From a virus (Duplodnaviria; Caudoviricetes): a DNA stretch of 52,776 nt. The stretch is from positions 1 to 52,776 of IMG/VR virus record IMGVR_UViG_3300039309_000221; one strand, written 5' to 3'. The notes under the pieces are model-generated. The model worked only from the letters and a program-made list of their open reading frames with translations. It was not told the origin of the DNA and made no database searches. A program made the translations under genes and the position numbers. Positions 36,281 through 45,601 of the stretch are shown piece after piece (the first letter of the stretch is position 1; each line of letters opens with the position of its first letter).

Positions 36281-37885
36281 ATGAGCAAAAATAGCATACA
36301 AGAAATGGTAAGTTCTCTTGCGAAAACGCTGGATGATAATGAACAGTTGGCGACGCCAATACTTTCCTCAAAACTTGCTAAATATCAAGAGGTTTATCCT
36401 TATGATCAGACGATAGGAATGATGTCGCGAGTAATCGAGAAGATGGCATCAAATAATACTCTTTTCATTAAGAAAGCAGATTTTCGTTCTCTTTACCAAA
36501 AGATGTATTCTACTGGAACAAAACTTGCCGAACTTTTCCCAAATGAGTTAGGCGCGGCATATGAGCCCAAAATTGAAAGAACGAAGTATGAAATCAAAGA
36601 GGTTGAGCCTTATCAGATTAAGGATCAAGTTCTTGCTAATGCGTTAGCGAATGCTTTTGATAGTTCTATTCCACTTCGTGCATACGCACAAGTGTCCGCG
36701 GAGAAAGCGGTTAAAATTGTTTCTTCATCATTAGATAATTGCACAATACATCCGACGGAAGTTTCAATAGCTGATGGTAATGAGAGAATACTTCTTATCA
36801 AGGCAGATTATGATACTCCAAAAGGGGTAACATCAATATATGTTCCTGTCGAAGTTGTCAATAATAAGGTTGCAGACGCTGGTGTTTTCATAGGGAATAC
36901 TGGTGTTATCGAGATAAATAATCAAGAGGTTAAAAACTATATCGTTTCTAATGCTGGTGCGAAATTAAAGGCTACGGCAAAGACAATATTAGCATTTTTA
37001 ACAAATGCTATATCTGGCAATAAAGAAATATCTGATACAGAATTGGCATTAATAAAACTTAATTCGGAGAGACAAGAAAAAGCATCATTAAATGCTACGC
37101 CAATATTGGGGCAAAAAATAGCAGAAGTTGTTATCAAGGATGTAGTTCTTCCGAAGAGTGATGAGTTTTCCTCTTTTGAGAAAGAGTTCTCGTCGCCATA
37201 TGGAGTTGCTTCTTTTACATTTGGTGAGAATAAGATTAAAATAGGAAGAGAGAGTATAGAGAGAGAATTAATTGCCGCTGGATATAAGAACCCGCAAGTG
37301 ATAGTTTCTGCCTGCAATGAGGGAACAGTATTTTATGCCGTTTCTATTTCTGGTGGTAGAATTGGTTTTACGGTTCCAGTAAAAATAGCTAATGGTAAGG
37401 TCTCAAAACCTGATATTATGTTATGTAATGGATCAGTTTCTTCTTTCTCGAAAGAGGGAATAAATATGTTATCCATAAATAATCAATCTGATTTTAAGGC
37501 TGCTTCTGTCGCTTCTCCATTATACGGATTAAAACCGAGTGAGCTAATTGCTAATATTAAGCAGGCGTTAGCTGATGGCAATACAGCTAAGGCTGAGGAT
37601 GCTCTTAATATTCTTGAAAAATCTGGAAATGATAATGCTTATGCGATTGGTTTTGCTGCATTTATAGGAGGGCTTAATAAAACGGCGAGTGCTCCGGTTG
37701 AAGAAAAGAAATGTTCAATGATAATTAAGAGCGCGGCAAGTCAGCATCCTTACTGCGGACATTGTAATTTACCTCTTCATAAAACATATGTTGATGAAGA
37801 TGGTCATTGCCGACCATTATATCGCAAAGGTATGAATACAGATTATGATAGTGTCCTTTTCAATACGAGCAAAATACTCGGATAA
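36281..37885 (+). CDS. Hypothetical 534-aa protein, probable structural, C-terminal Cys cluster
   Basis: ORF track; repeated V..VPV...NGKV-like segments; C..CGHC..C tail after NKTAS. Confidence 0.6.
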   Translation: MSKNSIQEMVSSLAKTLDDNEQLATPILSSKLAKYQEVYPYDQTIGMMSRVIEKMASNNTLFIKKADFRSLYQKMYSTGTKLAELFPNELGAAYEPKIERTKYEIKEVEPYQIKDQVLANALANAFDSSIPLRAYAQVSAEKAVKIVSSSLDNCTIHPTEVSIADGNERILLIKADYDTPKGVTSIYVPVEVVNNKVADAGVFIGNTGVIEINNQEVKNYIVSNAGAKLKATAKTILAFLTNAISGNKEISDTELALIKLNSERQEKASLNATPILGQKIAEVVIKDVVLPKSDEFSSFEKEFSSPYGVASFTFGENKIKIGRESIERELIAAGYKNPQVIVSACNEGTVFYAVSISGGRIGFTVPVKIANGKVSKPDIMLCNGSVSSFSKEGINMLSINNQSDFKAASVASPLYGLKPSELIANIKQALADGNTAKAEDALNILEKSGNDNAYAIGFAAFIGGLNKTASAPVEEKKCSMIIKSAASQHPYCGHCNLPLHKTYVDEDGHCRPLYRKGMNTDYDSVLFNTSKILG

Positions 37886-37888
37886 AAA

Positions 37889-38689
37889 ATGGATATCATC
37901 AAGTTTGCAAAGTTGTTAAAAATAAAATACGCAGTTTCTGATGCTGATGCATTAGAGAAAAGCCTTCGGAGTGATATTGCTATGCTTTACAAATATCCAC
38001 ACGAGCTTTTCAATATTTTGGAGGCGTGTGCAAAAGCAAGTCCAAGTGGAGCAGTTTCTGAGCACGAAAAAAAAGTAGTTGCTGGTGCTAAGTTTTGTGA
38101 AAATCTTCTCTTCATAATTGATTATCTTTTTGAGGTAAGAGAAACAATATCGTTAAATGATCTTAAAATGGCATTAAATGAGTTAATTCGACTTATAGAA
38201 AGTCATCGTCCAATTATCGATGATAAAAAATCGGTCGTTGATTTATCGGATGTTTCCGCATTAATATTTGAGATGATAAGGGCGACGACCGTATCTGAAC
38301 GAACAAAAAGAGATCAGCAATTCGCAAAAGCAAGAGCCGGAGTTTCTCGAATATTAAGCTTTGCTCTTTCAATGTTAGAGAAAATATCAAAAATAGAGAT
38401 GACAAATCCTGATAAGTTCATATCGTTTGAGGAAGAAAATGAAGAGGCGAATAGATTTAAGCCGAAGAGAGCACCATTATCAGTCTACGATATTGTTGAT
38501 TTTATAAGACAGCACGGACCTGAATATGGAATAAAGGATAGAGAAGATTGGGGTAAAGTATTTCGTAATAATCCGCAAATGAAAGAAGAGATGACGACAA
38601 TTATTAATGCTATTAATCGAGGACATTATCCGAGTAATGCTCCTTATATAAAAGAGAAAATTGAAAAAATATTGAAAGGTGCGGAATAA
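37889..38689 (+). CDS. Hypothetical protein
   Basis: ORF track. Confidence 0.7.
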   Translation: MDIIKFAKLLKIKYAVSDADALEKSLRSDIAMLYKYPHELFNILEACAKASPSGAVSEHEKKVVAGAKFCENLLFIIDYLFEVRETISLNDLKMALNELIRLIESHRPIIDDKKSVVDLSDVSALIFEMIRATTVSERTKRDQQFAKARAGVSRILSFALSMLEKISKIEMTNPDKFISFEEENEEANRFKPKRAPLSVYDIVDFIRQHGPEYGIKDREDWGKVFRNNPQMKEEMTTIINAINRGHYPSNAPYIKEKIEKILKGAE

Positions 38690-38715
38690 AGACGCATATA
38701 TGTTAGGATAAACAA

Positions 38716-39435
38716 ATGAAAATATCTGAGCTTTTAATATCTATGGCAAAGTGGTTGGGATCTCCTAATAATGAGGCAATGTTACTTGCCGAATATGATG
38801 ATGAGTGTCTTTCTATTGTTGCGAGTTCTTGCGCGACAGCTGCGGAGGAATTAAAGAAAGCAGCTGAGTTAGTCGATCATATTGAGCCAGATCAGCCTTC
38901 GGTGTTAACGGCGGAGGGTATTGATGGATTAGCAGAAATAGCTACTGCTTTTGATGAGAGTAATGATGAGGGATTGAAAAAGCAGGCGGCAGTAATTGAT
39001 GAATTGCTTTTAACAATTGCGGCGCAGCCTAATATAACTTCGCAGTTGAAGAAACTTCAAGATGATAGATTAGAGCAGCTTCGATTAAAATATCAACAGC
39101 CAAGAGAAGATCAGAAGAAGGCTAATGGTATTCCTGAGATAGAAAAAGCACTGCAAAAAGCTAAAATTATGCAGCCGACGGAGATACACGATCAGCCATT
39201 AGTGGGGCGAAATTGCCCATCACATGTAGGTGCACAATTGGCACGCGTAGCAGATCATCAGTGGCAATGTGAGCTGGGCGGCGAAGTTTATGATTATGAG
39301 AATGGATATACCCTTGAAAATGGAACAAAGGTACCAGGCGGAGGAGTTCAGCATCAAACAGATCTGGTGACACATGAAAATCATCATGCAATCTTTGATA
39401 CAAGAGAAGGAAGATTGGGCACGAATAAACCTTAA
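38716..39435 (+). CDS. Hypothetical protein with C-terminal CPxH...QC zinc-like motif
   Basis: RNCPSHVG...WQCEL. Confidence 0.7.
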   Translation: MKISELLISMAKWLGSPNNEAMLLAEYDDECLSIVASSCATAAEELKKAAELVDHIEPDQPSVLTAEGIDGLAEIATAFDESNDEGLKKQAAVIDELLLTIAAQPNITSQLKKLQDDRLEQLRLKYQQPREDQKKANGIPEIEKALQKAKIMQPTEIHDQPLVGRNCPSHVGAQLARVADHQWQCELGGEVYDYENGYTLENGTKVPGGGVQHQTDLVTHENHHAIFDTREGRLGTNKP

Positions 39436-39459
39436 CATCGAAAATAAAACATAAATGCG

Positions 39460-39492
39460 AAGCGATAGTTATATTTAGCTATCGCTTTTTTT
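39460..39492 (+). terminator. Intrinsic terminator
   Basis: AAGCGATAGTTA...TAGCTATCGCTT followed by a T tract. Confidence 0.8.
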
Positions 39493-39527
39493 GTTTCACG
39501 GCTAATAATACGACATAGATATAAGCC

Positions 39528-40307
39528 ATGAACAAAAATATGCTGCAACGGATCATTGACCATCCTGACAAAAATGAGATAATAAGTAAGCTTTCATCTG
39601 GTATATCTGAGGATGATGTTTCAGCTTGGCTTTCTTCTAAGTATTCCAATGTGCACGAAAAAAGATTTGTTCTTACGGAGAGAAACTTAAAGTCATTTAA
39701 GGATAATTTTCTTGATACATATACAGTCATCCGAGATGATTTATTGAAGACAAAAGCAAATATGACATTAGCACCAGGAGAGCAACTTGCTTTATCGGTT
39801 AAGAAGAATAGTGCTTATAAAGATTTGCTTACCAGAACTGCAAATGAAGAATTAGATATTCGTCAGATTATTAAAAGGCTCGCCGCCGCTATTGAAGAGC
39901 GTCTCTCATTAACTTTTGATAGGTTAACAGAAGAGAATAATGTTAATATTAAGATAGATACTCTTTTTATGGAGCAAGTGAACACATTAAGTGGCGTCCT
40001 CGAAAAATACTATAAGTTTACAGAGATGCCACAGGCACAGGGACAGACAATAAATAACACAAACATAACAGTTTCTCTCATCGATGAGCATATAACATTT
40101 TTTCACGATATTTTTAGAGAGATGTTGACACATTTAGATACGGATAAAAGCTTATATTTGATAGAGCTTTTTAATGAGAAGTTTTCCAAATTAAAGCAGC
40201 CATCAAAAGATATAATTCCAGCAGAAATGAGATTAGCGGAAGCAAAGATGCTCTCTGAAACAATAAATAAAAAACTCGAAACGCAGGAAAAGATAAATGT
40301 CAAATAA
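39528..40307 (+). CDS. Hypothetical protein, possible terminase small subunit
   Basis: HTH-like N-terminus (HPDKNEI...G.S...V..WL), helical middle, QTINNTNITV segment; function is inference. Confidence 0.35.
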   Translation: MNKNMLQRIIDHPDKNEIISKLSSGISEDDVSAWLSSKYSNVHEKRFVLTERNLKSFKDNFLDTYTVIRDDLLKTKANMTLAPGEQLALSVKKNSAYKDLLTRTANEELDIRQIIKRLAAAIEERLSLTFDRLTEENNVNIKIDTLFMEQVNTLSGVLEKYYKFTEMPQAQGQTINNTNITVSLIDEHITFFHDIFREMLTHLDTDKSLYLIELFNEKFSKLKQPSKDIIPAEMRLAEAKMLSETINKKLETQEKINVK

Positions 40308-42015
40308 AGATATAGAGCTTGCTAAAAAGATAGATAAAATACTTTCTTCTATAAAAGATGAAGATATTGATTTTGATGCTCTCATCAAAGATGAATTAGA
40401 TAAGGTAGCATATCCTAATAATGAGTTTTTTCAGAAGGCAGGTCCAAAAGCGAATATAGATAAATGGTTAGCTGCGGTTCGTGATATTTATTATGCAGAA
40501 AAGAATGGAATGGATAGAGTTTCTTCTATAAATATGGTGACGAAGGATTGGGAAGATATAGAGAGATATCATTTTCTTAATTGGGTTAGATTTTATGAAG
40601 GTAAATCTCATATGAAATATAAAACAGCACAAATGTGGTATGATGGAGCGCCAGGTTATTTTTTTAATACTTCGCCGCAAAAGCAGGAGCAATCCGCCAT
40701 TGTTTCCGGCAATGATTTTAATAAAGTTCAAGAACAGATGGCAAATGTTATGCCGATAGAAGAGAAAAAATCTATTATAGAGAAGCAACGAGCAAAGATA
40801 ATAGGAAGATTGGATAGCGCAGAAAAATTATTAAGAAACAATGAAGGAAGATTATTTGCAGGAGATGAATTAGCTGAATTATTAGAAGCGATATATTCAT
40901 TGAAGAAAAAAGTTAATATGGTTAATAAAATATCCTCGACGACAAAATTGTATGAGGATATGATTGTTCGAGAAGGAAATGTTCTTTCCAAAAAAGGTTT
41001 TGTTAAAGCGGCACAGTTAATTTTTAAGATTGCGAATGGCGACGAAAGCTCTGCACCAGGAGCAAATCAAATGCCAATTATAAATCCAGCACCACCGGCT
41101 CCTCCGGCACAATATCAGGGACAGTTAGGAGGATTGCCATCAATGGGTCCTGGAATGCCACAAAATCCACCGGAGAGTGCGCCAAATGAGAATATGCCGA
41201 TATCAAAAGGAATATCAGATTTTTTGGATAACTTGGATACAGGAAAAATAACAGAAAAAGAAAATCTTGAAGATGAGAAAGATAATCATAAAGCAGATGA
41301 TATTGAAGTCTTTGATACATTAAATGTATCAGATGGTGAAGATGAATTGCTTGTTTCCGAAGCCCAATTGGCGGAAGAAGCGGTTGCCCCAAAAACAATA
41401 ACTGAACCAGTTCCATTAAAAGAAGTTCCATCAAAAGATAAACCATTAGAGGTTTCAGAAAATGAAGAGTCAAATGTTGAATCAAAGGGTAAAGATTTTG
41501 ATAACATAATAGAAACAGTTTTCGCAAATATAACAGTTTTCGATATTATTGCAAAATTAGAAGATGTAGCAAAGATATTTAAGACGAGAGAAATACCGAG
41601 ACAATTATCAATAGTTGATATGATGTTGGACAGTAAAGGAATAGCAGTTTATTTTCCTGCATTAGCAGAAGCGATTAACAAGTCATTAGAGGCAAATAAT
41701 TATATAGCGACAAGATTAGATGATGTTTTGAGCAAACTACAAGGAAGTATTCGATCAGATAATATTGATCTTAAAGGTGATGAAGTGTCAAAGCAAAGTC
41801 CAGAAGTAGATGAGCTAATAAGAAAATTAAGAGATAATGAAGAAAAAGAGAAAAAAGTTAAAAGAATTAAAAAAGAGCAAGAAATTAATGAAATAATGCC
41901 AGAGAAGGTTCCAGAAAAGGAAACACCAGAAATAGATCTAAAAGAGGTCGGCGAACAAACAGCACCAGTTCAACAAGCGCCAGCACCAATAAAACAACCA
42001 ATAAAACCAGTCTAA
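40297..42015 (+). CDS. Hypothetical 572-aa protein with Pro-rich and acidic linkers, probable head-associated
   Basis: ORF track; K-x-A motifs at domain borders. Confidence 0.6.
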   Translation: MSNKDIELAKKIDKILSSIKDEDIDFDALIKDELDKVAYPNNEFFQKAGPKANIDKWLAAVRDIYYAEKNGMDRVSSINMVTKDWEDIERYHFLNWVRFYEGKSHMKYKTAQMWYDGAPGYFFNTSPQKQEQSAIVSGNDFNKVQEQMANVMPIEEKKSIIEKQRAKIIGRLDSAEKLLRNNEGRLFAGDELAELLEAIYSLKKKVNMVNKISSTTKLYEDMIVREGNVLSKKGFVKAAQLIFKIANGDESSAPGANQMPIINPAPPAPPAQYQGQLGGLPSMGPGMPQNPPESAPNENMPISKGISDFLDNLDTGKITEKENLEDEKDNHKADDIEVFDTLNVSDGEDELLVSEAQLAEEAVAPKTITEPVPLKEVPSKDKPLEVSENEESNVESKGKDFDNIIETVFANITVFDIIAKLEDVAKIFKTREIPRQLSIVDMMLDSKGIAVYFPALAEAINKSLEANNYIATRLDDVLSKLQGSIRSDNIDLKGDEVSKQSPEVDELIRKLRDNEEKEKKVKRIKKEQEINEIMPEKVPEKETPEIDLKEVGEQTAPVQQAPAPIKQPIKPV

Positions 42016-42018
42016 TCA

Positions 42019-42774
42019 ATGAAGCTAAAAGAATTATTGCTTTTAATGCAAAATGCTGCCAAAGAGGCTAATAGCTCAAAACCATTGTTATGTGGAGGGA
42101 TTGCACGCGATCGTTATATGGGGCGATTAGAAAATATATCAGATCTCGATGTGACGACAGGAGATAAGACAGTTTCTGCCCTTTCAGAAAAGTTTGCGGA
42201 GATATTAAATAGAAAATACAATTTAGAGCGAAAGATAATGGATGATGGACATAGCACAATATTTATCGGAAATATAAAGATAGATTTTTCATCCAATTTT
42301 AATGTTCCCGGAATAGATCAAATATTAAAAAATATGGGAATAGAAAAAGCAACAGATTTACAAAAAGAGATGTTTAGCCGAGATTTTACCTGCAATGCGT
42401 TATTATTAGACTTTAATTTGAGGAATATAATAGATGAGACGAAAAGAGGAATGGCAGATATAAAAGATAAAAAAATAAAAACCTGCTTATCACCAGAAAT
42501 AACATTAACAACAAATAAGAATAGAATAGTCCGCTCTATATACCTTTCCTCAAAATTAGGATTTGATATAGATGAGAGTATAATTAATTTTATTAAAAGA
42601 AATCCAAATATATTAGGAAAGACCACAACAAAAAAATCAATGATAGATAAATTAAATGATGCGTTTAAGAAAGATGGTGAGAGAGCGAGCTATAATTTAA
42701 CAAAAATGGAGTTATGGAGAAAAGTCCCAATAACAGAAAATATGAAACCTTATTATCTTAAATATGTAAAATGA
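42019..42774 (+). CDS. CCA-adding enzyme/poly(A) polymerase family nucleotidyltransferase (short, atypical)
   Basis: GGIARD, DLD, SRDFTCNAL, R.VR...LGF. Confidence 0.85.
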   Translation: MKLKELLLLMQNAAKEANSSKPLLCGGIARDRYMGRLENISDLDVTTGDKTVSALSEKFAEILNRKYNLERKIMDDGHSTIFIGNIKIDFSSNFNVPGIDQILKNMGIEKATDLQKEMFSRDFTCNALLLDFNLRNIIDETKRGMADIKDKKIKTCLSPEITLTTNKNRIVRSIYLSSKLGFDIDESIINFIKRNPNILGKTTTKKSMIDKLNDAFKKDGERASYNLTKMELWRKVPITENMKPYYLKYVK

Positions 42775-44009
42775 CAAAACAATTCAATATATCAGATCAA
42801 AGATTTGGCACGCGGACGCATAAGCATCATCCGATTGATGAAGATTTACTTAAAGAGATTAAAAAAGAGAAATTAGGACGAATAGATAATTATGATGTAT
42901 GGATTGTCAATGGTGCGATTTTAAGAGATAAAATAGATATAGACTATACTACCGGGGGAAATTGTGCCCGTTATGGTTATATTCCAATCAATGAAATATG
43001 GATAGAAGAAGATAATTCACCAAAAGATTTAGCGTGCAATCTTTTTCACGAGCTAATAGAATGTTATTTGATGTTGCATCAACATATGACATATAATAAG
43101 GCACACGAGAAGACAGATTTATTTGAGAGTATTCTTCGCAATAGAATTGGAAGTAATGTTTCAAAAGATGAAATAATTCCATTAATAAAAAATATATATG
43201 AAGGCTGGATAGAAAATAAAGGATGGAATAATAAAGATTGGATAAATAAAAAAGCTTATTATCAAGGAACAGAAGAACCAAAACCTGGTCAAAAGCAATA
43301 TAAATCAGACAAAGCAATAATCGTCCAACCAAGATTTGTAGAGCCGTTTTATCGTAATTTTGATTATTGTGATTGCGAAGGTGTCTCTGGACCACCAAAA
43401 CACGGTCCAGGGACAGGTGTATATAAGAATATGGATGAAATAAAATCGATAGAGGAGTTTCGTAAATCCAAAGAATGGTTAAATAATAAATATAAGGCTG
43501 ATGATCAATATATCGAGGATACAGATAAAAATAGAAATGAAAGAATAAGTAGAATGAGGGTGAGAGCATCAATAATGAATGAAATTATGAAGACAGCAAT
43601 AGATTTTGCTATTGATGAGCAGATAACCTCAATACCGCAGGGTGATTATGGAACTGGCGATGAAATGGGAAGTTATAGCGATAGTGTCCCGATAGGCGGG
43701 AGAACAGATCAGTATACGCCAGGGACGGATTTTGACGGAAAAACAACAGATAAATTAAATTATGGTGTCGACCAAGTTGACAATAGAACAGAAAGAGAAA
43801 CATATAAGAAAGAAGAAAAGAAACCAAAATTAGAAGAATTATTGGATAGATATCTTTCACCAAGAGAGCCGGCAATATTTGGATTGCCTGATGGCATAGA
43901 GACGCCGGAAGATTTAGACCCAGAGAGCACAATAGCTCCAAATCAACAATGGTATGGAACAACTGATAGTGGAAATACGCTTCACAATAATTTTCCTGAA
44001 AATCCTTAA
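42771..44009 (+). CDS. Protein with N-terminal zincin-like HExxE domain and acidic C-terminal region
   Basis: YIP.NEIWIE...LFHELIECYLM....Y..AH. Confidence 0.55.
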   Translation: MTKQFNISDQRFGTRTHKHHPIDEDLLKEIKKEKLGRIDNYDVWIVNGAILRDKIDIDYTTGGNCARYGYIPINEIWIEEDNSPKDLACNLFHELIECYLMLHQHMTYNKAHEKTDLFESILRNRIGSNVSKDEIIPLIKNIYEGWIENKGWNNKDWINKKAYYQGTEEPKPGQKQYKSDKAIIVQPRFVEPFYRNFDYCDCEGVSGPPKHGPGTGVYKNMDEIKSIEEFRKSKEWLNNKYKADDQYIEDTDKNRNERISRMRVRASIMNEIMKTAIDFAIDEQITSIPQGDYGTGDEMGSYSDSVPIGGRTDQYTPGTDFDGKTTDKLNYGVDQVDNRTERETYKKEEKKPKLEELLDRYLSPREPAIFGLPDGIETPEDLDPESTIAPNQQWYGTTDSGNTLHNNFPENP

Positions 44010-44059
44010 AAATCTAATAATAAGAAAGCATAGTTAATATCATTCTTCGAGGAACACAT

Positions 44060-44965
44060 ATGTCATTAGAGAAAACAGCCCAAGAATTATTTATCGTTGA
44101 TCAAGGACCTTCGATTTATTCCGAAGAGCCTCATATGGAGCAACCTATTGAGGTTTCTATGGATGAAGCGGAGCCGGTTGAAGTTTCTAATGCACCAATA
44201 GAGGTTTCTGATAATGGAGAAAGTGATATTGTTATCTCTCTCTCCGATATTCCGGGAGCACCGCCAGGGACACCAGATCCAGAACCTGAATTAGAGGTTT
44301 CGGAAGAAGTAAAAGAAGAAAAGAAAGATGATGAGAATGATGCAAAGTCAAAAAAGAATGAAAAATGGGATTGGGCAAAACGAGGACCGACAGGATTTGT
44401 TGTCTGGATAAAAGAAAGATTTGATGATGTTCCAAAGCACTCTGGATTTGATAGTGCGGGCGTTGAACGAGCTGCTTCATATCTCGAAAGATTAGATAAT
44501 GAAATATCAAAAGCAATGAGATTAGATTTAGATGGTGAGCTGGACGCAGATAAGATAGAAGAGATTAGATCAAAGATAGAGGATGGAATAAATAGACTTC
44601 ACGATCGATTAACAAAAATAAAGAAATCAAAGAAACCTGCTAAAAAGAGAGCTGACTATATACAAGAAGGTATTGTTAAAGAGGCACAGAAGATAACTGG
44701 TGTCCAAGGTATTTTTGTCACCGTTGATCTATTTATATCAGCGATTGGTCGTGCAATGATTAATGGAATGGTATCATCTGGGAAAGATATTGAGTCACTT
44801 TTTTCGGCAGCGTGCGATAAATACAAATTAGATGATAGAGAGAAATTATCATTAACTCAATTTCTTTTTGATCTTGGTTATCCAATGATGCTTGATCGTG
44901 GAAATGTCCTTGATGAAGATTTTAATTGGGATAAATCCGAATGGATACAACAATTTAAGAGCTAA
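44060..44965 (+). CDS. Hypothetical acidic protein, probable head-associated
   Basis: GAGGA RBS; MSLEKTAQ N-terminus. Confidence 0.65.
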   Translation: MSLEKTAQELFIVDQGPSIYSEEPHMEQPIEVSMDEAEPVEVSNAPIEVSDNGESDIVISLSDIPGAPPGTPDPEPELEVSEEVKEEKKDDENDAKSKKNEKWDWAKRGPTGFVVWIKERFDDVPKHSGFDSAGVERAASYLERLDNEISKAMRLDLDGELDADKIEEIRSKIEDGINRLHDRLTKIKKSKKPAKKRADYIQEGIVKEAQKITGVQGIFVTVDLFISAIGRAMINGMVSSGKDIESLFSAACDKYKLDDREKLSLTQFLFDLGYPMMLDRGNVLDEDFNWDKSEWIQQFKS

Positions 44966-44969
44966 ATCT

Positions 44970-45596
44970 ATGAAAATATCAAAAAACTCAGAAAATATTG
45001 ATGACATTTGGGCAAAACGCTTTCAACAATCGCTTGAAAAATCTGCCGTTCAATCGAGAGAGGTCGACCGAAATCTTTTTGATCAGATTAATAGTGTTCT
45101 CGGCAATAAGTCAAAGTATCCATCAGTTCAAGCTGCGGTTGATGATATGAAAAATAGAAGTGGATTGACCGCATATCTTAACAAGAAGATGTCGGATGAA
45201 AAGGAAGAGAAGGTAGTGAAAAAGACCGCCGCGCCGTCAGCCGATGGGAACTCGGTTATCGATAAAAAAGTTGATGTCACCCCGATAGTTTTTAAAAAAC
45301 ATCCACAGATAGAAGAAACAATTCGTAATCATATAAAGAGTACGAGAGGTAATAATTCTATTCCTGCCATTATATTAAAAGTGAAGACAATACACGGAAA
45401 TGATGTTTCTGATGCGAGTGATTGGGAAGATGATAATTTGGTGAGATATGTAAGCCACGCTAATTTGGTTGAGAAATCTAATCATTGCCACGATAATGAG
45501 TTTCAAGGATTAGGAATTGTTGAAAATGTTTCCTCTGATAATGCCGATCCAGCAAATACCGATGCGTTTCATATTCTAATGCCCGCGAAGATATAA
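44970..45596 (+). CDS. Hypothetical protein upstream of terminase
   Basis: ATG 44970 preferred over the overlapping TTG 44892. Confidence 0.65.
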   Translation: MKISKNSENIDDIWAKRFQQSLEKSAVQSREVDRNLFDQINSVLGNKSKYPSVQAAVDDMKNRSGLTAYLNKKMSDEKEEKVVKKTAAPSADGNSVIDKKVDVTPIVFKKHPQIEETIRNHIKSTRGNNSIPAIILKVKTIHGNDVSDASDWEDDNLVRYVSHANLVEKSNHCHDNEFQGLGIVENVSSDNADPANTDAFHILMPAKI

Positions 45597-45601
45597 TCTA
45601 T

